NCBI GenBank assembly: GCA_963727895.1
Contig: CAVSHT010000004.1
Coordinates: 224,001-288,000, forward strand
Length of the DNA stretch: 64,000 nt
DNA from: an uncultured Methanosarcinaceae archaeon
Lineage (GTDB): Archaea; Halobacteriota; Methanosarcinia; Methanosarcinales; Methanosarcinaceae
Direction: 5' to 3'
This document shows, in pieces, positions 1-10,459 of this stretch. Under the pieces are notes generated by a model. It had not been told where the DNA came from. It ran no database searches and saw only the letters and a list, made by a program, of their open reading frames with translations. A program made the position numbers and the translations under genes. The number at the start of each line of letters is the position of its first letter. Position 1 is the first letter of the stretch.

Positions 1-2
1 TA

Positions 3-176
3 CTTGACAGGGTTGACTTAATAGTCTGCGGTCATATCCATGAGGCAAAAGGTCTGGAGAAGGTCGGAAAGACTGTAGTGGTAAATCCAGGAGAAGCCTC
101 TAAAGGTTCCTGCACTCTAATAACCATTGAAGAAAAGGAAAACAAACCTATTGAAGTTGAATATATAGAGGTATAA
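3..176 (+). CDS. 3' end of a calcineurin-like metallophosphoesterase (runs off window start)
   Basis: Manual translation LDRVDLIVCGHIHEAKG...VVVNPGEASKG...IEV*; GHxH and NPG motifs of metallophosphoesterase C-terminus. Confidence 0.8.
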   Translation, partial: LDRVDLIVCGHIHEAKGLEKVGKTVVVNPGEASKGSCTLITIEEKENKPIEVEYIEV

Positions 177-212
177 AACAACCAGATTCAATATAATTTG
201 ACTTGATTTTTT

Positions 213-952
213 GGCTTTGATACTTAAACATAGTTATATACTATTAGAAAGTATATTTCTTCATTAACTGCCCCAGATGCAATAGTTCCAGTCACAAAAA
301 GAACGGTATAGTTGGCGGGCGTCAACGGTACAAATGCTCTGATTGTGGCTATAACTATACAGTAGAGCTAAAATCAACTGCTTTTTCCGCTTTTGTAAAA
401 AGACAGGCTTTACAACTCTATCTTGAAGGATTGGGCTTTCGTTCAATAGGACGATTTTTAGGGGTGAGTCATGTTTCTGTCCAAAGATGGATAAAGAAAT
501 TTGGTCAGGAGTTAGAGGACCTAAAAAGTGAAAATGAGATATCTATTGTTGAAATGGATGAAATGCACACTTACATCGGTAACAAAAAAAATATTGCTGG
601 ATCTGGATTGCTGTTGATAGAGTTGGGAAAAAGTTCATCAACTGCTCTTTTGGTAGCAGAGAAACAGAAACTGGAAAACTACTCTGGGAAAAAGTGAAGA
701 AAAAAGAGATTGGAGAAGTGGTGACAGATCACTGGAGAGCATATGCAGAGTTTCTTCCTGAAAAGAGTCATACTCAATCAAAAGCAGAAACATTTACAGT
801 TGAGGGATATAACAGCATATTGAGGCATTTTCTAGCAAGATTGAGAAGAAAGACAAAGTGTTATACAAAAAGTCTTGAAATGCTAAAGTACTCGGTTATT
901 CTATTGATGAAATAAATAAATAAAGAGTTAACTATGTTTAATTAACAATGCC
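213..952 (+). mobile_element. IS1-family element copy 1 (transposase start codon mutated ATG>ATT)
   Basis: Ends ggctttgatacttaaac / gtttaattaacaatgcc; InsA Zn-ribbon+HTH and InsB-like ORFs (431-697, 694-915); no target duplication. Confidence 0.92.
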
Positions 953-1165
953 GAATTCTTTTGTATAACGGCTCTTGCGTACTACAATAAATGCAACGTT
1001 TTTATTCCATATTACACCAAGTCCACCCCATGAGGCGGTCATGCTGTTAACTTTTCCTTCTTTTTCTGCTGTAATTAGCATCCATTCATTTCCTATTATC
1101 CGAAAAGGACTAAAATCAAATGAATCTGCTTTCAATGGTTTAAATGCGTCCATATGTTGCCTCAT
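953..1165 (-). pseudogene. Flavin reductase-like protein, 3' part removed at IS1 end
   Basis: WMLITA..KVNSMTASWGGLGVIW..VRKSRYTKEF typical flavin reductase N-terminus; ORF runs into IS1 right end. Confidence 0.8.
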
Positions 1166-1465
1166 TTTAAGCTGCTATTATTTTGCATTTGAATTGATGA
1201 TATCTTTTAAATAGTAACTATTATTTAATCATGTATGTACTTTTTTGTAATATACTGCCTAAAAAGATATTTACTACCCAAAAAGAGAGTAATGGACATA
1301 TGAGAAATAAAAGATGAGAAATAAGAAAACATATTATTGAAATTTGACAGAATTAATTTTGTTATATTTATTGATAAAGACATAGATCTTTTCCTAAGCT
1401 TTTGTTTATCTGGAATTACAGGAAAAGTCTGGACTTTATATCTGATTAAAGAGATATTTCTGGCT

Positions 1466-2194
1466 ATGGAAATAGAGAAAAAAGAAGGATGGACTCATCC
1501 AGAAGCTGCTGAAAAATATGCCCAGACAGCTGATATAATAATACCTGAAAGAAAAGAAATATTGTCAATTATCTCAAGGGTAGCAATAGAACTGGGGTCA
1601 ATGAACCCTAAAATAATTGACCTGGGCTGTGGTCTGGGCGATGTGACAGCGGAAATCCTGAAGTTAAAGCCTCAGGCAGAGGTTCTTATGCTAGATTTTT
1701 CTGAAGAAATGATCAGACGAAGCAATGAACGATTCAGGGAGAACAAAAATATTACTGTAGTCAAACGAGATTTAAATCAGGGAATCCTGGACATAACTGA
1801 AGATAGAGGATTTGATGCTGTTGTTTCCTGTTTTTCTATTCATCATGTAGAGTTTGAAAACAGAATTAAACTGTATTCCGATGTATATGAACTTCTAAAA
1901 GAGAAGGGTCTATTTATAAATGGAGATCTTTTCAGGGAAGAATCTCCAGCTATTGGTCAATGGGAACTCAATAACCACATATCTTCTCTGATAATACAGC
2001 TTAAGGAAAAGCTCGGGCAAGAATGGACCTTTGAGGAGCTAAAGCGCAATCGACTGGAAAACGCCAAAAAGATGGGAGATAAACCTGGAACAGTTTGGGA
2101 GATGTTCCATGATATGAAGGCAGCAGGATTTAGTTATGTTGATTGTTTATGGAAATCCCGTAACCTCGCCATAATGGCTGCAACCAAATCTTGA
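1466..2194 (+). CDS. Class I SAM-dependent methyltransferase
   Basis: IIDLGCGLG motif I, LDFSEEM motif II, FDAVVSCFSIHH; likely start at MEIEKK. Confidence 0.88.
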   Translation: MEIEKKEGWTHPEAAEKYAQTADIIIPERKEILSIISRVAIELGSMNPKIIDLGCGLGDVTAEILKLKPQAEVLMLDFSEEMIRRSNERFRENKNITVVKRDLNQGILDITEDRGFDAVVSCFSIHHVEFENRIKLYSDVYELLKEKGLFINGDLFREESPAIGQWELNNHISSLIIQLKEKLGQEWTFEELKRNRLENAKKMGDKPGTVWEMFHDMKAAGFSYVDCLWKSRNLAIMAATKS

Positions 2195-2341
2195 AAATGG
2201 ATTTTTTATTGTTTTCTTATTTTCTTATTTCCAAAATGTAGTACAGATTATATAGAAAGGTCCATAGTTTATGAGAACTTTCTAAAAAGGCACTTGTATT
2301 ACTAACCAATATTGGAATAACAGGATTAAATATTTTTAACC

Positions 2342-2764
2342 TTATTGCAGAGCTTTAAGGATTTCATCCGTTTTCCTTACTCTGCCAATTCTTTTAAATA
2401 TAAAGTTTACAGCTGCATTATGCTGTTCCGTAGATCTGGCAGCCATAGCATCTTCAGCAAAAATTTGTTGGAAACCGTACTCGTAGGCAAAACGTGCTGT
2501 ACTCTCAACGCCAAAGTCGGTTGAAATTCCACAGAGCACAATTGTATTCATTCCACGCCTGCGTAACTGTAGTTCCAGGTCTGTTCCATAAAATGCTTCC
2601 CATTGTCTTTTGGATATAACAATGTCCTTTGAAGTAGGAGACATTTCAGGCACAAATTCAGACCAGTCAGGAGACGGGGCTGAGGAACTCAAAAATGATT
2701 CGTCGCTTAAAACATTGATCATTGTTTCTTTTGTAATTATAACATACACAAGGAATACAGGCAT
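2342..2764 (-). pseudogene. Isochorismatase/cysteine hydrolase family protein, 5' part removed by IS1
   Basis: [37 protein letters not shown] motifs; N-terminal DxQ strand missing, ORF abuts IS1 left end at 2765. Confidence 0.82.
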
Positions 2765-3504
2765 GTCATTGATACTTAAACATAGTTATATACTATTAGA
2801 AAGTATATTTCTTCATGAACTGCCCAAAATGTAATAGTTCCAGTCACAAAAAGAATGGTATAGTTGGCGGGCGTCAACGCTACAAATGCTCTGATTGTGG
2901 CTATAACTATACAGTAGAGCTAAAATCAACTGCTTTTTCCGCTTCTGTAAAAAGACAGGTTTTACAACTTTACCTTGAAGGATTGGGCTTTCGTTCAATA
3001 GGACGATTTTTAGGGGTGAGTCATGTTTCTGTCCAAAGATGGATAAAGAAATTTGGTCAGGAGTTAGAAGACCTAAAAAGTGAAAATGAGATATCTATTG
3101 TTGAAATGGATAAAATGCACACTTACATCGGTAACAAAAAAAATATTGCTGGATCTGGATTGCTGTTGATAGAGTTGGGAAAAAGTTCATCAACTGCTCT
3201 TTTGATAGCAGAGGAACGGAAACTGGAAAACTACTCTGGGAAAAATTGAAGAAAAAAGAGATTGGAGAAGTGATGACAGATCACTGGAGGGCATATGCAG
3301 AGTTTCTTCCTGAAAAGAGTCATACTCAATCCAAAGCAAAAACGTATACTGTTGAAGGATATAACAGCATATTGAGGCATTTTTTAGCAAGGTTGAGAAG
3401 AAAGACAAAGTGTTATACGAAGAGTCTTGAAATGCTAAAGTACTCGGTTATTCTATTGATGAAATAAAGAAATAAAGAACTAGATATATTTAAATAACAA
3501 TGCC
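2765..3504 (+). mobile_element. IS1-family element copy 2
   Basis: Ends gtcattgatacttaaac / tttaaataacaatgcc; ORFs 2815-3249 and 3246-3467; A8 slippery run after GN codons; no target duplication. Confidence 0.93.
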
Positions 3505-3903
3505 AATATATTTTAACGCTAACCATCTTCTATGGCCAGAGATGATAATATTATCGTCCGTGATTACAATAGGTTCTAACTGACCTTTTTTTCTAATGCT
3601 ATCAACTAAGGTAAGATCTACATTTTCAAGACCATATAATGCAACGTTTACTTCGTGAGCATGAAGTACTTTAGGATCTATTTCAACAATTTGATTTGTA
3701 ATAACTTTTCTTGTTTCTAGTTCTTCTTTTTTATATTTCCTAAGTTCTTCGTCCTGAAATTGTTTTAATTTACGTTCGCTTTTGCTTAACCCATCTCCAT
3801 CTATAGGCTTCACTTCATCAGAATAAGTGTTATTTAAATTGTTTTTAACAGAGTCACAATCTAATAGTTTCCTATCAATGCCCCTATGATCCATAAAAAT
3901 CAT
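3505..3903 (-). pseudogene. ParB/Srx N-terminal domain protein truncated by IS1
   Basis: LVDSIRKKGQLEPIVI...IISGHRRWLALK is the ParB N-domain signature; ORF ends inside IS1 right end. Confidence 0.85.
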
Positions 3904-3984
3904 TAATACAAATACCGTTTATATTACATAAAACTTACTCCTAAACTTTAATATGTTAAAAACTAATAATACACTAGATATATT

Positions 3985-5091
3985 ATGGCTGAGAAAGATA
4001 CAAATAAAGATATAGATGCATTAAAAGAGCGGGAAGATACACCCAAATCAAATATAACCGAGGATGAACAAGCTAAAAAAAAGACACATGCAGCTGATAA
4101 AAGTATAGCTTTAGTTGAAAAATATCAACCCGAAGATTTATCAAAGATAATTGGGCAAGCTCACCTTCACGAAATTCTCAAAGATATGGTGGAAAAAAAG
4201 CACATTAATCATATGATTTTTATAGGACCATCCGGAGTGGGCAAAACATCAGTAGCAAGAATAGTAGCATGTGAGATTCTTGGATATAAGTGGAAATTTA
4301 ATTTCCTAGAGATTAATGTACCTAATAATAATAACGATTTAAAGTTTATAAATAGTAAATTAAAAAATTTCATAAAAAATAAACCTATACAAGCTCCTTT
4401 TCGTATTGTCTTTCTTGATGAATGTGATGATCTAAATCGTGGGGCTCAAAGTGCTTTACGAAAAATTTTAGAAGCTAACGAATATAAACACGTTAGATTT
4501 ATTTTTGCAACCAACTATTCTGAAAAATTAATATCGCAACTTCAAGGAGAAAGAATGAACGTTCTACGTTTTCAAAAGATACCTACACATATAATCGAAG
4601 CCTACTTAGAGAAACTATGTGATGAGGAAGGTATTACTTATGAAGATGATGTCCTTAAGATAATTGCTGAGGATTGTGACGGTTCTCTTAGAAAAGGCAT
4701 TGGATATTTAGGTTTTCTTACCGATAAAAATAACCATATCTCATCACGAAAAGTAAAAAACTTAATATCCTATATAGAACCCTCCGATGTAAAAGAACTA
4801 CTTCAAAAAGCAATAAATAATGAAAATTATACTAAGCATCTATATCAATTAATCAACGATCAGAATTTAAGTATACCAAAATTGTTACAAGAGGTTATTA
4901 AAGTAATAGATGAGATAAAATTTGAAAATTCAAAAGACAAAAGATATATTTTAAATCAATTAGGATTGTATAGTTGGCGTATCAGTCAAAGTTCGGATCA
5001 TATGTTACAAATGAAATGTTTCCTCAATTCAATTGCTAGCATGCATGATGCTTGCTATGATGAATTAGATGCCCGACACCAATACTTATAA
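3985..5091 (+). CDS. Divergent replication factor C small-subunit-like clamp-loader AAA+ ATPase
   Basis: LVEKYQP (RFC box II), GPSGVGKTS Walker A, FLEIN, FLDECD Walker B, AQSALR, FIFATNY; SRC motif replaced by QGERM. Confidence 0.88.
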   Translation: MAEKDTNKDIDALKEREDTPKSNITEDEQAKKKTHAADKSIALVEKYQPEDLSKIIGQAHLHEILKDMVEKKHINHMIFIGPSGVGKTSVARIVACEILGYKWKFNFLEINVPNNNNDLKFINSKLKNFIKNKPIQAPFRIVFLDECDDLNRGAQSALRKILEANEYKHVRFIFATNYSEKLISQLQGERMNVLRFQKIPTHIIEAYLEKLCDEEGITYEDDVLKIIAEDCDGSLRKGIGYLGFLTDKNNHISSRKVKNLISYIEPSDVKELLQKAINNENYTKHLYQLINDQNLSIPKLLQEVIKVIDEIKFENSKDKRYILNQLGLYSWRISQSSDHMLQMKCFLNSIASMHDACYDELDARHQYL

Positions 5092-5127
5092 CAAACAATA
5101 TAGAGTGTGCCGATTTTTTACTGATTT

Positions 5128-5288
5128 TTATTGATATGGCCATCTTTTCTTACCCTCATTTACTTCTCGCAATGTTGGTTCAGAGAAGTGATTTTGCAAT
5201 GTCTGCAATGTCATCTCCCATTTTTTTGCTTGAAGATGTTTATGGAGTTGCAATTCGGGCAGGCTTTGACCATTTTTAGGTCTGGCAT
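5128..5288 (-). pseudogene. Small Zn-ribbon protein with internal stop
   Basis: Manual translation MPDLKMVKACPNCNSINIFKQKNGR*HCRHCK; ggtgag RBS upstream. Confidence 0.5.
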
Positions 5289-5428
5289 GGCTGCTCACCC
5301 GCTGTCTCAAGAAACACTTGAGCCATTGCTCTAGTGAAAGCGTCAGAATGATACTGTGTAATCCTCTTTACACTGTCAGTATTTTGGCGGACAAGCTCAG
5401 TAGCCTGTTCTTCAAATGTTTGGGTCAT
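5276..5428 (-). CDS. Small 50-aa hypothetical protein downstream of integrase
   Basis: Manual translation MTQTFEEQATELVRQNTDSVKRITQYHSDAFTRAMAQVFLETAGEQPCQT*; gagg RBS; overlaps next small gene. Confidence 0.45.
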   Translation of the reverse strand: MTQTFEEQATELVRQNTDSVKRITQYHSDAFTRAMAQVFLETAGEQPCQT

Positions 5429-5543
5429 AATATTGCCTCGATATTCATTTAAAAGAGTGATATGCTTTCATCGAGGCAATCTCGCCGAAGTAAGTCACTT
5501 TCAATAATAATTATTGTTTCAACATATATGTAATCTTTTACCG

Positions 5544-6743
5544 TTATTGATTTTGTGATTTTGTCATCGCGAGAACAATTTTTTGTAAGATCTCTGGATG
5601 CTCTTCTAAGAGTATACGACGCATTTGACTTGCAAGATCATCATCAGCTTTTTGAACCTGCTGCTTCCCAAGCTTTGCGCCGCAAACATCACAGTACTCA
5701 GCCCTTTTTGGCAATTCACGCTTGCATCTGGGACATTTTTGGAATTTAGGTTCAGGTTTTCTTTCTTCTGCTGTGCCGCACAGTTTTCTCATTGCTTCTT
5801 CGAAATCCCCAGCTCCCAAATGTGAGTAGACCGAAGGCATTGCTGAGTGAGTTGACCAGCCAAAAAAGTTTTTCATTCTGGGTTCTGTCCATTCTTTTGA
5901 CATTTTTGTGGCTGCACAATGTCTGAACAGATGAGTATAGCATCGCTTCTTTATCCCCGCTCGTTTCGCTAACCTGCGAATCATGTAGAGAACAGCATCG
6001 CGCTGCATTGGCTGGTAAGCTCGATCAGAGCCATCTTTTTTAGTTGGATTCAGTGAGACCCAAAGAGGTGCATCTTCATCATCTTTTCTGGGATGATGTG
6101 AGAGCCAAGCAGACAAATATATTATAGACTCCTTTAGAGGGACTGCACGTATTTTTGTTTTGCTTCTCGGGAATGTGACCCATACAAATTCATCTGTGAA
6201 CCTCACATGCTTTATTTGCATGCTGACAAGCTCGCCTGCTCGACAGCCTGATTCATACAACACAGACAAAATTGCTTTATCCCGAGGATATATTGCTGCT
6301 GTAAACATTTTGTTGATTTCTTCTTCGGTCAAGAGGTCACTAGCATTTTTTTCAGTTGGTTTTATCTGTATTGAAAAATTATCGAGTAATTCTTTATACT
6401 CAAGCTTGTGATACTCTTTTGCCGTCCATTTTAAAAACTGCTTAAAACCGATCAAATAATATTTTCTCGACGCTTTTGCAATTGGCTGTCCATTGTCCTT
6501 TTTATATTTGCTAATGCCAATTTTGAATTTGTCTATGTCGTCCTGCGTTAGCTTGTCAAGATCGGTATCGACAAATTGCAAAATTATAGACAAAACATTA
6601 ATATTATTTTGAACTGTCATCTCAGACAAGTCTTTATTGGGATCTCTAAAATATTTGTCAATATATTTTAAGACAATTTCCCTATTTTTTTGAGAAGTAC
6701 CATTCTTTTCAAAAAAGTTTAATAAAAAATTTTCATCTCGCAA
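5544..6743 (-). CDS. Tyrosine recombinase/integrase with C-terminal Zn ribbon
   Basis: RDKAILSVLYESGCRAGEL, SKT, HLFRH, FFGW...MPSVYSH catalytic residues; CPRC...CDVC ribbon. Confidence 0.93.
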   Translation of the reverse strand: MRDENFLLNFFEKNGTSQKNREIVLKYIDKYFRDPNKDLSEMTVQNNINVLSIILQFVDTDLDKLTQDDIDKFKIGISKYKKDNGQPIAKASRKYYLIGFKQFLKWTAKEYHKLEYKELLDNFSIQIKPTEKNASDLLTEEEINKMFTAAIYPRDKAILSVLYESGCRAGELVSMQIKHVRFTDEFVWVTFPRSKTKIRAVPLKESIIYLSAWLSHHPRKDDEDAPLWVSLNPTKKDGSDRAYQPMQRDAVLYMIRRLAKRAGIKKRCYTHLFRHCAATKMSKEWTEPRMKNFFGWSTHSAMPSVYSHLGAGDFEEAMRKLCGTAEERKPEPKFQKCPRCKRELPKRAEYCDVCGAKLGKQQVQKADDDLASQMRRILLEEHPEILQKIVLAMTKSQNQ

Positions 6744-6912
6744 AATAATTACTTCTAGTAATTAAAATGCGCTTCAAAATATATGTAATTTTATATAAAC
6801 ACGGTAGCCGTTATTGTTTTTGTGCTAAAAACTGAGCATCAGTGGATAGTATAATATCATTGGATAGCATAATATTCTCTTGGGAAATATTTAAGGAAAA
6901 ACATTTATTAAA

Positions 6913-6997
6913 GAGTTCATTCCAAAACTTGATTCCTTATTGCTGTTAAAATTACAATTTTAGAGTGTGATATTTATTTAACTTCATATCCTGGAAA
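6913..6997. repeat. Decayed MITE/IS-end fragment, paralogous to 34417-34510
   Basis: ccaaaacttgatt...ttattgctg.taa.attacaa...tgatattt...tcata...tggaaa shared with 34417 copy. Confidence 0.55.
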
Positions 6998-7240
6998 TGC
7001 CTTTTTATGTACTCAAATACCTCAATACGCTCTTTTTTAGATACTGTCGGAACTGTCAATTATATCTTGCCACTAATTTAATTGTTTTTTGTATTTGTTC
7101 GTTTTTCTATACCCAAACTCATTAACAGTATGATATTTTCATAAAATTTTTGATTATTCAAAATAGTTTAAATGTGTATAAGAGTTACAAATATTGATAG
7201 TTTTTATTGAAAAGCAAACGAACGATGAAGGAATAGAATA

Positions 7241-7927
7241 ATGAGAAACCATGAAAAGTTGCATAAGTTGGCTTTAGCTTTGTTGGCTATAATACTGATT
7301 ATAATTATTGTTTCTTCAGTGACTTCGGCTGCAACTCTAAATGTCGGACCAAAAGATAAGTATAAAACTATCCAGAAAGCAGCAAATGCCGTGCATGATG
7401 GAGACACCATCAAAGTAGCTCCTGGCACATACAAAGAAAATGTCAGAATCACTAAAGATCTAACGTTTTTAGGTACAAAATACCCTAAAGTTAATGGTTT
7501 CTATTTAAATGGAGGCAGATGTACAATAAATGGTTTTTCTATTCAGAAATACGGATTTAGCAGCAATTATGCAGGTGTTGGAATCATACGCAATAACTAT
7601 TTTTATAATTGTGGCATCGACTTGGCTGGAGGAGTGACCTGTTCTTCTATAATTAATAATCAGATTATAGGTGGCACAATTATGTTGTATGACACTATAA
7701 TGGGAGGGGTAACAATCACAGGAAATACTATTTCAAAGTCAAAGTGTGGGCTTTATTTAGGAGATCTGGCTGGGCTTCCATTGGTTTCAAAAAACACATT
7801 TAAAAATTGTGGATACGGAGTTTATATTTATACTGATACTTATCCAGGGCGATTGGATACGTTTACAGGGAATAAGTATTGTGGGAATAAAGTTAATATT
7901 GGGTGGGGTACTGATTATTATCCGTAA
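7241..7927 (+). CDS. Secreted right-handed beta-helix (NosD/pectin-lyase-like) protein
   Basis: Signal peptide; YKTIQKAANAVHDGDTIKVAPGTYKENV motif; Asn/Gly-rich beta-helix repeats. Confidence 0.85.
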   Translation: MRNHEKLHKLALALLAIILIIIIVSSVTSAATLNVGPKDKYKTIQKAANAVHDGDTIKVAPGTYKENVRITKDLTFLGTKYPKVNGFYLNGGRCTINGFSIQKYGFSSNYAGVGIIRNNYFYNCGIDLAGGVTCSSIINNQIIGGTIMLYDTIMGGVTITGNTISKSKCGLYLGDLAGLPLVSKNTFKNCGYGVYIYTDTYPGRLDTFTGNKYCGNKVNIGWGTDYYP

Positions 7928-8362
7928 CTAATAAACTTTTAATCTTAATAAAAACGGCTTTTTCTTTTTTATGGTGATTCTATTGTATTTTAATTGATCA
8001 TCATTTTGAACTTAAACGTATATTGGTTATGTTTTCTATTATTGATAATTACCTTAATATACAAACTGTATTACACACAAAAATTTTCAAATAATTTATT
8101 TTTATAAATAACCTGATAAAATTAAGGTAAAAAATCAGGGGCGAATTTCCATAAACACAAAACTCAAAGCATTGCTATTTGTAGTATTGATGTACGCCTT
8201 AACGATCGCTCCAGCTGCTGCGATGTACTTACATAAATACTAAAGTTAATGTAAAAATAGTTGAAGATTTTTGAGAATATAATCCACGTTTTTATTTTTA
8301 CTCCAATCAATATATGTGTAAAGGTTCTCTACTTCTCTTGTGAGATATTTAATTCTCCTATC

Positions 8363-8378
8363 GGTTCCGTTGCAAAAA
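8363..8378 (+). mobile_element. Solo IS6-type terminal inverted repeat
   Basis: ggttccgttgcaaaaa identical to ends of IS6 copies at 44615 and 62814, no transposase follows. Confidence 0.6.
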
Positions 8379-8507
8379 TTATTATTTACTTTTAAGATAA
8401 CGATAGTGTGTCAATAGATCACGAAAAAAATTTTGTAATATGATATAATTAATAGAGTATGTATATGTGCGGCTACGACAGCAAGACAAATTGCATAATT
8501 ATTAAGA

Positions 8508-9247
8508 GGTATTGTTACTTAACTATATCTAGTTCTTTATTTCTTTATTTCATCAATAGAATAACCGAGTACTTTAGCATTTCAAGACTTTTTGTATAAC
8601 ACTTTGTCTTTCTTCTCAACCTTGCTAAAAAATGCCTCAATATGCTGTTATATCCTTCAACAGTATACGTTTTTGCTTTGGATTGAGTATGGATTTTTTC
8701 TGGAAGAAACTCTGCATATGCTCTCCAGTGATCTGTCATCACTTCTCCAATCTCTTTTTTCTTCAATTTTTCCCAGAGTAGTTTTCCAGTTTCCGTTCCT
8801 CTGCTACCAAAAGAGCAGTTGATGAACTTTTTCCCAACTCTATCAACAGCAATCCAGATCCAGCAATATTTTTTTTGTTACCGATGTAAGTGTGCATCTC
8901 ATCCATTTCAACAATAGATATCTCACTTTCACTTTTTAGGTCCTCTAAATCCTGACCAAATTTCTTTATCCATCTTTGGACAGAAACATGACTCACCCCT
9001 AAAACTCTTCCTATTGAACGAAAGCCCAATCCTTCAAGGTAAAGTTGTAAAGCCTGTCTTTTTACAGAAGCGGAAAAAGCAGTTGATTTTAGCTCTACTG
9101 TATAGTTATATCCACAATCAGAGCATTTGTACCGTTGACGCCCGCCAACTATACCATTCTTTTTGTGACTGGAACTATTACATTTTGGGCAGTTCATGAA
9201 GAAATATATGTTATAAGCATATATACCTATTTTTAATTACCAATGCC
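8508..9247 (-). mobile_element. IS1-family element copy 3 with 9-bp target duplication
   Basis: Ends ggtattgttactt / attaccaatgcc; TTATTAAGA at 8499-8507 and 9248-9256; ORFs 8763-9197, 8545-8766. Confidence 0.95.
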
Positions 9248-9554
9248 TTATTAAGATATATATGGTTTAAAAGTTAATTTAATATTGTTGATTGAATACT
9301 TAGATAGGATTCCTTTCTGGTTGAGAAGAATGATTTACTTTTCTAATTGCGATGATTTATACTTATTTTGCAACAACGTCGGACAAGGATAAAAAGGGGA
9401 ATCGAAACTCTTACTTTATAAAGACCGGATATAAAGAATTCTTTACAATAGGGTTTACAAATAGTGCTATAGCATTCAAGAGGAGTTTACCTGAGTGCCA
9501 CGGCGAACGTTTTTTATATATTAACCAAATGTATGATCCTTATGAGGTGAACCC

Positions 9555-10191
9555 ATGGAAACAAAAACCATTAAAATTAGTGCCGAACTCTACGACGCAC
9601 TTGATTTTTGTAGAGATAGAAACAGCGATAGTGCATGGGAGTCAAGAGGCACGATAATTAAAAAATTGTTAACACGATATGATGATAGCTGTGAACTTAT
9701 ACACGAAAACGGCAGTTACTGGTTCGTGACTAATGGCAGGAAAAGGAGTTTTCCTGAGCTCTCCCATACTACAGAGAACGTAAGAATTCACACAAGACCT
9801 CCATGATGGTCTTAACGAAGCCAAAATCCACCCGGATGAAACAATAAACACGGTCTTGCAGCGTTTGTTATTTTCTTATTATGGCAACAAGCTGGTATAT
9901 CGCATTAATATAAAATTCATAAGCAACAAAGAAAACCAAGACTTAATGTTTTTCATGCATGAAGTACTGCTAACAGAACCAAAATTTAATAACGCCTTGT
10001 TTGTCGAAGTTGTAAACGTAGAAAATTCCCCGGAAATAATAAGTAAATATGAAAAAAGTACACTGCCTTTATCGATACTTTACGATTTTGAAGGACATGA
10101 GATCTGGCGCATGGAAGGAAGGCACGATTTGTATGAGGTTAGAAGGAGACTGGAGTCTTTCATCGATTCTTTTGAAGAATTTCTTGACTAA
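9555..10191 (+). pseudogene. Frameshifted gene: two RHH-like repeats fused to a thioredoxin-like domain
   Basis: ORF 9555-9806 joins frame of 9856-10191 at cacaca (~9788-9793) giving ..NVRIH-QDLHDGLNEAKIHPDETINTVLQRLL.. Confidence 0.55.
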
Positions 10192-10228
10192 CCAATGGAT
10201 GAAGCTTGCAATTTGAGTGAAATAAAAT

Positions 10229-10273
10229 AACTTTCAAGCAAGGTAACTTTCAAGCAAGGTAATTTTCAAACAA
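10229..10273. repeat. 16-bp tandem repeat (~2.7 units)
   Basis: aactttcaagcaaggt x2 followed by aattttcaaacaa. Confidence 0.75.
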
Positions 10274-10459
10274 TCCCACTTCCAACTCTTATTTAGGAAA
10301 ATTATTGCGTCCAGTTTTTCACACTCGATTAATTGTCCAATTTCATTCCTGATTTTTAGCAATAATAATGGAGATTAGTTACTTTTGAGGAGTTATACAA
10401 AGCCAATATTTGCTTATTGAAGTCGTAGCTTAACAACAATTTTTGACTTCAGTCTCGTT

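Noticed and set aside
264..446. Recurrent MNESPILQ ORF in several places
   Set aside because: Antisense shadow of the IS1 transposase
213..3504. Composite transposon of IS1 copies 1 and 2 carrying the methyltransferase
   Set aside because: Outer flanks (tgatttttt, aatatattt) do not match and inner genes are truncated
8152..8242. Signal-peptide-like relic NTKLKALLFVVLMYALTIAPAAA
   Set aside because: No valid start codon and stops after ~30 codons; too little to call
9352..9657. 101-aa ORF
   Set aside because: Overlaps the better-supported RHH gene in another frame and has no motif
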